From Eledone cirrhosa (taxonomy: Eukaryota): a stretch of DNA of 64,000 bases. The notes beneath the pieces are model-generated. The model worked only from the letters and a program-made list of their open reading frames with translations. It did not search any database and was not told where the DNA came from. Positions 1 to 10,000 of this stretch are shown piece by piece. The stretch covers positions 1,612,001 through 1,676,000 of the forward strand of contig OZ024756.1 of assembly GCA_964016885.1 (NCBI GenBank), written 5' to 3'. The first letter of the stretch is position 1, and each line of letters starts with the position of its first letter. The position numbers and the translations under genes were made by a program.

Positions 1-3000
1 GTGTCAGTGATCTGGTCCTCTGTCTTGCTGTCTTCAGTACATCTATGAAGTGTGCAGTGTCAGTGATCTGGTCCTCTGTCTTGCTGTCTTCAGTACATCT
101 ATGAAGTGTGCAGTGTCAGTGATCTGGTCCTCTGTCTTGTTGTCTTCAGTTCATCTATGAAGTGTGCAGTGTCAGTGATCTGGTCCTCTGTCTTGCTGTC
201 TTCAGTTCATCTATGAAGTGTGCAGTGTCAGTGATCTGGTCCTCTGTCTTGTTGTCTTCAGTTCATCTATGAAGTGTGCAGTGTCAGTGATCTGGTCCTC
301 TGTCTTGCTGTCTTCAGTACATCTATGAAGTGTGCAGTGTCAGTGATCTGGTCCTCTGTCTTGCTGTCTTCAGTACATCTATGAAGAGTGCAGTGTCAGT
401 GATCTGGTCCTCTGTCTTGCTGTCTTCAGTACATCTATGAAGTGTGCATTGTCAGTGATCTGGTCCTCTGTCTTGTTGTCTTCAGTTCATCTATGAAGTG
501 TGCAGTGTCAGTGATCTGGTCCTCTGTCTTGCTGTCTTCAGTACATCTATGAAGTGTGCAGTGTCAGTGATCTGGTCCTCTGTCTTGCTGTCTTCAGTTC
601 ATCTATGAAGTGTGCAGTGTCAGTGATCTGGTCCTCTGACTTGCTGTCTTCAGTTCATCTATGAAGTGTGCAGTGTCAGTGATCTGGTCCTCTGTCTTGC
701 TGTCTTCAGTTCATCTATGAAGTGTGCAGTGTCAGTGATCTGGTCCTCTATCTTGCTGTCTTCAGTTCATCTATGAAGTGTGCAGTGTCAGTGATCTGGT
801 CCTCTGTCTTGCTGTCTTCAGTTCATCTATGAAGTGTGCAGTGTCAATGATCTGGTCCTCTGTCTTGCTGTCTTCAGTTCATCTATGAAGTGTGCAGTGT
901 CAGTGATCTCGTCCTCTGTCTTGCTGTCTTCAGTACATCTATGAAGTGTGCAGTGTCAGTGATCTGGTCCTCTGTCTTGCTGTCTTCAGTTCATCTATGA
1001 AATGTGCAGTGTCAGTGATCTGGTCCTCTGTCTTGCTGTCTTCAGTATATCTATGAAGTGTGCAGTGCCAGTGATCTAGTCCTCTGTCTTGCTGTCTTCA
1101 GTTCATCTATGAAGTGTGCAGTGTCAGTGATCTTGTCCGCTGTCTTGCCGTCTTCAGTACATCTATGAAGTGTGCAGTGTCAGTGATCTCCTCCTCTGTC
1201 TTGCTGTCTTCAGTACATCAATGAAGTGTGCAGTGTCAGTGATCTCGTCCTCTGTCTTGCTGTCTTCAGTACATCTATGAAGTGTGCAGTGTCAGTGATC
1301 TCGTCCTCTGTCTTGCTGTCTTCGGTACATCTATGAAGTGTGCAGTGTCAGTGATCTGGTCCTCTATCTTGCTGTCTTCAGTACATCTATGAAGTGTGCA
1401 GTGTCAGTGATCTGGTCCTCTGTCTTGCTGTCTTCAGTACATCTATGAAGTGTGCAGTGTCAGTGATCTGGTCCTCTGTCTTGTTGTCTTCAGTTCATCT
1501 ATGAAGTGTGCAGTGTCAGTGATCTGGTCCTCTGTCTTGCTGTCTTCAGTTCATCTATGAAGTGTGTAGTGTCAGTGATCTGGTCCTCTGTCTTGCTGTC
1601 TTCAGTACATCTATGAAGTGTGCAGTGTCAGTGATCAGGTCCTCTGTCTTGCTGTCTTCAGTACATCTATGAAATGTGCAGTGTCAGTGATCTGGTCCTC
1701 TGTCTTGCTGTCTTCAGTACATCTATGAAGTGTGCAGTGTCAGTGATCTGGTCCTCTGTCTTGCTGTCTTCAGTACATCTATGATGTCTGCAGTGTCAGT
1801 GATCTGGTCCTCTGTCTTGCTGTCTTCAGTTCATCTATGAAGTGTGCAGTGTCAGTGATCTGGTCCTCTGTCTTGCTGTCTTCAGTACATCTATGAAGTG
1901 TGCAGTGTCAGTGATCTGGTCCTCTGTCTTGCTGTCTTCAGTACATCTATGAAGTGTGCAGTGTCAGTGATCTGGTCCTCTGTCTTGTTGTCTTCAGTTC
2001 ATCTATGAAGTGTGCAGTGTCAGTGATCTGGTCCTCTGTCTTGCTGTCTTCAGTTCATCTATGAAGTGTGCAGTGTCAGTGATCTGGTCCTCTGTCTTGT
2101 TGTCTTCAGTTCATCTATGAAGTGTGCAGTGTCAGTGATCTGGTCCTCTGTCTTGCTGTCTTCAGTACATCTATGAAGTGTGCAGTGTCAGTGATCTGGT
2201 CCTCTGTCTTGCTGTCTTCAGTACATCTATGAAGTGTGCAGTGTCAGTGATCTGGTCCTCTGTCTTGCTGTCTTCAGTACATCTATGAAGTGTGCATTGT
2301 CAGTGATCTGGTCCTCTGTCTTGTTGTCTTCAGTTCATCTATGAAGTGTGCAGTGTCAGTGATCTGGTCCTCTGTCTTGCTGTCTTCAGTACATCTATGA
2401 AGTGTGCAGTGTCAGTGATCTGGTCCTCTGTCTTGCTGTCTTCAGTTCATCTATGAAGTGTGTAGTGTCAGTGATCTGGTCCTCTGTCTTGCTGTCTTCA
2501 GTTCATCTATGAAGTGTGCAGTGTCAGTGATCTGGTCCTCTGTCTTGCTGTCTTCAGTTCATCTATGAAGTGTGCAGTGTCAGTGATCTGGTCCTCTGTC
2601 TTGCTGTCTTCAGTTCATCTATGAAGTGTGCAGTGTCAGTGATCTGGTCCTCTATCTTGCTGTCTTCAGTTCATCTATGAAGTGTGCAGTGTCAGTGATC
2701 TGGTCCTCTGTCTTGCTGTCTTCAGTTCATCTATGAAGTGTGCAGTGTCAATGATCTGGTCCTCTGTCTTGCTGTCTTCAGTTCATCTATGAAGTGTGCA
2801 GTGTCAGTGATCTCGTCCTCTGTCTTGCTGTCTTCAGTACATCTATGAAGTGTGCAGTGTCAGTGATCTGGTCCTCTGTGTTGCTGTCTTCAGTACATCT
2901 ATGAAGTGTGCAGTGTCAGTGATCTGGTCCTCTGTCTTGCTGTCTTCAGTTCATCTATGAAGTGTGCAGTGTCAGTGATCTGGTCCCCTGTCTTGCTGTC

Positions 3001-3416
3001 TTCAGTTCATCTATGAAGTGTGCAGTGTCAGTGATCTGGTCCTCTGTCTTGCTGTCTTCAGTTCATCTATGAAGTGTGCAGTGTCAGTGATCTGGTCCTC
3101 TGTCTTGCTGTCTTCAGTACATCTATGAAGTGTGCAGTGTCAGTGATCTGGTCCTCTGTCTTGCTGTCTTCAGTACATCTATGAAGTGTGCAGTGTCAGT
3201 GATCTGGTCCTCTGTCTTGCTGTCTTCAGTTCATCTATGAAGTGTGCAGTGTCAGTGATCTGGTCCTCTGTCTTGCTGTCTTCAGTACATCTATGAAGTG
3301 TGCAGTGTCAGTGATCTGGTCCTCTGTCTTGCTGTCTTCAGTACATCTATGAAGTGTGCAGTGTCAGTGATCTGGTCCTCTGTCTTGTTGTCTTCAGTTC
3401 ATCTATGAAGTGTGCA

Positions 3417-6400
3417 GTGTCAGTGATCTGGTCCTCTGTCTTGCTGTCTTCAGTACATTTATGAAGTGTGTAGTGTCAGTGATCTGGTCCTCTATCTTGC
3501 TCTCTTCAGTTCATCTATGAAGTGTGCAGTGTCAGTGATCTGGTCCTCCGTCTTGCTGTCTTCAGTTCATCTATGAAGTGTGCAGTGTCAGTGATCTGGT
3601 CCTCCGTCTTGCTGTCTTCAGTACATCTATGAAGTGTGCAGTGTCAGTGATCTGGTCCTCTGTCTTGCTGTCTTCAGTACATCTATGAAGTGTGCAGTGT
3701 CAGTGATCTGGTCCTCTGTCTTGCTGTCTTCAGTACATCTATGAAGTGTGCAGTGTCAATGATCTGGTCCTCTGTCTTGCTGACTTCAGTTCATCTATGA
3801 AGTGTGCAGTGTCAGTGATCTGGTCCTCCGTCTTGCTGTCTTCAGTTCATCTATGAAGTGTGCAGTGTCAGTGATCTGGTCCTCCGTCTTGCTGTCTTCA
3901 GTACATCTATGAAGTGTGCAGTGTCAGTGATCTGGTCCTCTATCTTGCCGTCTTCAGTTCATCTATGAAGTGTGTAGTGTCAGTGATCTGTTCCTCTGTC
4001 TTGCTGTCTTCAGTACATCTATGAAGTGTGCAGTGTCAGTGATCAGGTCCTCTGTCTTGCTGTCTTCAGTTCATCTATGAAGTGTGCAGTGTCAGTGATC
4101 AGGTCCTCTGTCTTGCTGTCTTCAGTACATCTATGAAGTGTGCAGTGTCAGTGATCTAGTCCTCTGTCTTCCTGTCTTCAGTTCATCTATGAAGTGTGCA
4201 GTGTCAGTGATCTTGTCCGCTGTCTTGCCGTCTTCAGTACATCTATGAAGTGTGCAATGTCAGTGATCTCGTCCTCTGTCTTGCTGTCATCAGTACATCA
4301 ATGAAGTGTGCAGTGTCAGTGATCTCGTCCTCTGTCTTGCTGTCTTCAGTACATCTATGAAGTGTGCAGTGTCAGTGATCTCGTCCTCTGTCTTGCTGTC
4401 TTCAGTACATCTATGAGGTGTGCAGTGTCAGTGATCTGGTCCTCTGTCTTGCTGTCTTCAGTACATCTATGAAGTGTGCAGTGTCAGTGATCTGGTCCTC
4501 TATCTTGCTGTCTTCAGTACATCTATGAAGTGTGCAGTGTCAGTGATCTGGTCCTCTGTCTTGCTGTCTTCAGTACATCTATGAAGTGTGCAGTGTCAGT
4601 GATCTGGTCCTCTGTCTTGTTGTCTTCAGTTCATCTATGAAGTGTGCAGTGTCAGTGATCTTGTCCTCTGTCTTGCTGTCTTCAGTTCATCTATGAAGTG
4701 TGTAGTGTCAGTGATCTGGTCCTCTGTCTTGCTGTCTTCAGTACATCTATGAAGTGTGCAGTGTCAGTGATCAGGTCCTCTGTCTTGCTGTCTTCAGTAC
4801 ATCTATGAAGTGTGCAGTGTCAGTGATCTTGTCCTCTGTCTTGCTGTCTTCAGTACATCTATGAAGTGTGCAGTGTCAGTGATCTGGTCCTCTGTCTTGC
4901 TGTCTTCAGTACATCTATGAAGTGTGCAGTGTCAGTGATCTGGTCCTCTGTCTTGCTGTCTTCAGTACATCTATGAAGTGTGCAGTGTCAGTGATCTGGT
5001 CCTCTGTCTTGCTGTCTTCAGTTCATCTATGAAGTGTGCAGTGTCAGTGATCTGGTCCTCTGTCTTGCTGTCTTCAGTTCATCTATGAAGTGTGCAGTGT
5101 CAGTGATCTGGTCCTCTGTCTTGCTGTCTTCAGTACATCTATGAAGTGTGCAGTGTCAGTGATCTGGTCCTCTGTCTTGCTGTCTTCAGTACATCTATGA
5201 AGTGTGCAGTGTCAGTGATCTGGTCCTCTGTCTTGTTGTCTTCAGTTCATCTATGAAGTGTGCAGTGTCAGTGATCTGGTCCTCTGTCTTGCTGTCTTCA
5301 GTACATTTATGAAGTGTGTAGTGTCAGTGATCTGGTCCTCTATCTTGCTGTCTTCAGTTCATCTATGAAGTGTGCAGTGTCAGTGATCTGGTCCTCCGTC
5401 TTGCTGTCTTCAGTTCATCTATGAAGTGTGCAGTGTCAGTGATCTGGTCCTCTGTCTTGCTGTCTTCAGTACATCTATGAAGTGTGCAGTGTCAATGATC
5501 TGGTCCTCTGTCTTGCTGACTTCAGTTCATCTATGAAGTGTGCAGTGTCAGTGATCTGGTCCTCCGTCTTGCTGTCTTCAGTTCATCTATGAAGTGTGCA
5601 GTGTCAGTGATCTGGTCCTCCGTCTTGCTGTCTTCAGTACATCTATGAAGTGTGCAGTGTCAGTGATCTGGTCCTCTATCTTGCCGTCTTCAGTTCATCT
5701 ATGAAGTGTGTAGTGTCAGTGATCTGTTCCTCTGTCTTGCTGTCTTCAGTACATCTATGAAGTGTGCAGTGTCAGTGATCAGGTCCTCTGTCTTGCTGTC
5801 TTCAGTTCATCTATGAAGTGTGCAGTGTCAGTGATCAGGTCCTCTGTCTTGCTGTCTTCAGTACATCTATGAAGTGTGCAGTGTCAGTGATCTAGTCCTC
5901 TGTCTTCCTGTCTTCAGTTCATCTATGAAGTGTGCAGTGTCAGTGATCTTGTCCGCTGTCTTGCCGTCTTCAGTACATCTATGAAGTGTGCAATGTCAGT
6001 GATCTCGTCTTCTGTCTTGCTGTCATCAGTACATCAATGAAGTGTGCAGTGTCAGTGATCTCGTCCTCTGTCTTGCTGTCTTCAGTACATCTATGAAGTG
6101 TGCAGTGTCAGTGATCTCGTCCTCTGTCTTGCTGTCTTCAGTACATCTATGAGGTGTGCAGTGTCAGTGATCTGGTCCTCTGTCTTGCTGTCTTCAGTAC
6201 ATCTATGAAGTGTGCAGTGTCAGTGATCTGGTCCTCTATCTTGCTGTCTTCAGTACATCTATGAAGTGTGCAGTGTCAGTGATCTGGTCCTCTGTCTTGT
6301 TGTCTTCAGTTCATCTATGAAGTGTGCAGTGTCAGTGATCTTGTCCTCTGTCTTGCTGTCTTCAGTTCATCTATGAAGTGTGTAGTGTCAGTGATCTGGT

Positions 6401-7000
6401 CCTCTGTCTTGCTGTCTTCAGTACATCTATGAAGTGTGCAGTGTCAGTGATCAGGTCCTCTGTCTTGCTGTCTTCAGTACATCTATGAAGTGTGCAGTGT
6501 CAGTGATCTTGTCCTCTGTCTTGCTGTCTTCAGTACATCTATGAAGTGTGCAGTGTCAGTGATCTGGTCCTCTGTCTTGCTGTCTTCAGTACATCTATGA
6601 AGTGTGCAGTGTCAGTGATCTGGTCCTCTGTCTTGCTGTCTTCAGTACATCTATGAAGTGTGCAGTGTCAGTGATCTGGTCCTCTGTCTTGCTGTCTTCA
6701 GTACATCTATGAAGTGTGCAGTGTCAGTGATCTGGTCCTCTGTCTTGCTGTCTTCAGTTCATCTATGAAGTGTGCAGTGTCAGTGATCTGGTCCTCTGTC
6801 TTGCTGTCTTCAGTTCATCTATGAAGTGTGCAGTGTCAGTGATCTGGTCCTCTGTCTTGCTGTCTTCAGTACATCTATGAAGTGTGCAGTGTCAGTGATC
6901 TGGTCCTCTGTCTTGCTGTCTTCAGTACATCTATGAAGTGTGCAGTGTCAGTGATCTGGTCCTCTGTCTTGTTGTCTTCAGTTCATCTATGAAGTGTGCA
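3417..7000. repeat. Local tandem duplication of a ~31-33-monomer block (about 1.7-1.85 kb)
   Basis: Rare markers recur at offset 1736 (31x56): GCTGACTT ~3781/~5517, TCTTCCTG ~4170/~5905, TTGTCCGC monomer 4201/5937, GTCATCAG ~4286/~6022, GAGGTG 4415/6151. ACATTTAT monomers at 3417/5265 are offset by 1848. Confidence 0.9.
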
Positions 7001-10000
7001 GTGTCAGTGATCTGGTCCTCTGTCTTGCTGTCTTCAGTTCATCTATGAAGTGTGCAGTGTCAGTGATCTGGTCCTCTGTCTTGTTGTCTTCAGTTCATCT
7101 ATGAAGTGTGCAGTGTCAGTGACCTGGTCCTCTGTCTTGCTGTCTTCAGTACATCTATGAAGTGTGCAGTGTCAGTGATCTGGTCCTCTGTCTTGTTGTC
7201 TTCAGTTCATCTATGAAGTGTGCAGTGTCAGTGATCTGGTCCTCTGTCTTGCTGTCTTCAGTACATCTATGAAGTGTGCAGTGTCAGTGATCTGGTCCTC
7301 TGTCTTGCTGTCTTCAGTTCATCTATGAAGTGTGCAGTGTCAGTGATCTGGTCCTCTGTCTTGCTGTCTTCAGTACATCTATGAAGTGTGCAGTGTCAGT
7401 GATCTGCTCCTCTGTCTTGCTGTCTTCAGTTCATCTATGAAGTGTGCAGTGTCAGTGATCTGGTCCTCTGTCTTGCTGTCTTCAGTTCATCTATGAAGTG
7501 TGCAGTGTCAGTGATCTGGTCCTCTGTCTTGCTGTCTTCAGTTCATCTATGAAGTGTGCAGTGTCAGTGATCTGGTCCTTTGTCTTGCTGCCTTCAGTTC
7601 ATCTATGAAGTGTGCAGTGTCAGTGATCTGGTCCTCTGTCTTGCTGTCTTCAGTTCATCTATGAAGTGTGCAGTGTCAGTGATCTGGTCCTCTGTCTTGC
7701 TGTCTTCAGTTCATCTATGAAGTGTGCAGTGTCAGTGATCTGGTCCTCTGTCTTGCTGTCTTCATTACATCTATGAAGTGTGCAGTGTCAGTGATCTGGT
7801 CCTCTGTGTTGCTGTCTTCAGTACATCTATGAAGTGTGCAGTGTCAGTGATCTGGTCCTCTGTCTTGCTGTCTTCAGTTCATCTATGAAGTGTGCAGTGT
7901 CAGTGATCTGGTCCCCTGTCTTGCTGTCTTCAGTTCATCTATGAAGTGTGCAATGTCAGTGATCTGGTCCTCTGTCTTGCTGTCTTCAGTTCATCTATGA
8001 AGTGTGCAGTGTCAGTGATCTGGTCCTCTGTCTTGCTGTCTTCAGTTCATCTATGAAGTGTGCAGTGTCAGTGATCTGGTCCTCTGTCTTGCTGTCTTCA
8101 GTACATCTATGAAGTGTGCAGTGTCAGTGATCTGGTCCTCTGTCTTGCTGTCTTCAGTACATCTATGAAGTGTGCAGTGTCAGTGATCTGGTCCTCTGTC
8201 TTGCTGTCTTCAGTTCATCTATGAAATGTGCAGTGTCAGTGATCTGGTCCTCTGTCTTGCTGTCTTCAGTATATCTATGAAGTGTGCAGTGCCAGTGATC
8301 TAGTCCTCTGTCTTGCTGTCTTCAGTTCATCTATGAAGTGTGCAGTGTCAGTGATCTTGTCCGCTGTCTTGCCGTCTTCAGTACATCTATGAAGTGTGCA
8401 GTGTCAGTGATCTCTTCCTCTGTCTTGCTGTCTTCAGTACATCAATGGTGTGCAGTGTCAGTGATCTCGTCCTCTGTCTTGCTGTCTTCAGTACATCTAT
8501 GAAGTGTGCAGTGTCAGTGATCTCGTCCTCTGTCTTGCTGTCTTCGGTACATCTATGAAGTGTGCAGTGTCAGTGATCTGGTCCTCTATCTTGCTGTCTT
8601 CAGTACATCTATGAAGTGTGCAGTGTCAGTGATCTGGTCCTCTGTCTTGCTGTCTTCAGTACATCTATGAAGTGTGCAGTGTCAGTGATCTGGTCCTCTG
8701 TCTTGTTGTCTTCAGTTCATATATGAAGTGTGCAGTGTCAGTGATCTGGTCCTCTGTCTTGCTGTCTTCAGTTCATCTATGAAGTGTGTAGTGTCAGTGA
8801 TCTGGTCCTCTGTCTTGCTGTCTTCAGTACATCTATGAAGTGTGCAGTGTCAGTGATCAGGTCCTCTGTCTTGCTGTCTTCAGTACATCTATGAAGTGTG
8901 CAGTGTCAGTGATCTGGTCCTCTGTCTTGCTGTCTTCAGTACATCTATGAAGTGTGCAGTGTCAGTGATCTGGTCCTCTGTCTTGCTGTCTTCAGTACAT
9001 CTATGAAGTGTGCAGTGTCAGTGATCTCGTCCTCTGTCTTGCTGTCTTCGGTACATCTATGAAGTGTGCAGTGTCAGTGATCTGGTCCTCTGTCTTGCTG
9101 TCTTCAGTACATCTATGAAGTGTGCAGTGTCAGTGATCTGGTCCTCTGTCTTGTTGTCTTCAGTTCATCTATGAAGTGTGCAGTGTCAGTGATCTGGTCC
9201 TCTGTCTTGCTGTCTTCAGTTCATCTATGAAGTGTGTAGTGTCAGTGATCTGGTCCTCTGTCTTGCTGTCTTCAGTACATCTATGAAGTGTGCAGTGTCA
9301 GTGATCAGGTCCTCTGTCTTGCTGTCTTCAGTACATCTATGAAGTGTGCAGTGTCAGTGATCTGGTCCTCTGTCTTGCTGTCTTCAGTACATCTATGAAG
9401 TGTGCAGTGTCAGTGATCTCTTCCTCTGTCTTGCTGTCTTCAGTACATCTATGATGTCTGCAGTGTCAGTGATCTGGTCCTCTGTCTTGCTGTCTTCAGT
9501 TCATCTATGAAGTGTGCAGTGTCAGTGATCTGGTCCTCTGTCTTGCTGTCTTCAGTACATCTATGAAGTGTGCAGTGTCAGTGATCTGGTCCTCTGTCTT
9601 GCTGTCTTCAGTACATCTATGAAGTGTGCAGTGTCAGTGATCTGGTCCTCTGTCTTGTTGTCTTCAGTTCATCTATGAAGTGTGCAGTGTCAGTGATCTG
9701 GTCATCTGTCTTGCTGTCTTCAGTACATCTATGAAGTGTGCAGTGTCAGTGATCTGGTCCTCTGTCTTGCTGTCTTCAGTACATCTATGAAGTGTGCAGT
9801 GTCAGTGATCTGGTCCTCTGTCTTGTTGTCTTCAGTTCATCTATGAAGTGTGCAGTGTCAGTGATCTGGTCCTCTGTCTTGCTGTCTTCAGTACATCTAT
9901 GAAGTGTGCAGTGTCAGTGATCTGGTCCTCTGTCTTGCTGTCTTCAGTTCATCTATGAAGTGTGCAGTGTCAGTGATCTGGTCCTCTGTCTTGCTGTCTT

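Noticed and set aside
31-37. Tandem hammerhead ribozyme/retrozyme (CUGAAGA matches CUGANGA on the - strand)
   Set aside because: No GAAA core strand follows on the - strand consensus and I could not build stem II or stems I/III. An Infernal or RNAMotif search of a dimer would be the formal test.
2-52. Short transcription-factor motifs (TGTCA TALE-homeodomain-like, GTCT SMAD core, TNAAGTG NKX2-like)
   Set aside because: Matches of 4-7 bp are expected by chance in any 56-mer, and there is no supporting evidence.
1-112. C/D-box snoRNA, tRNA, 5S or spliced-leader tandem gene array
   Set aside because: CTGA occurs on the - strand, but there is no RTGATGA C box, no Pol III A/B boxes or oligo-T terminator, no cloverleaf and no Sm site.
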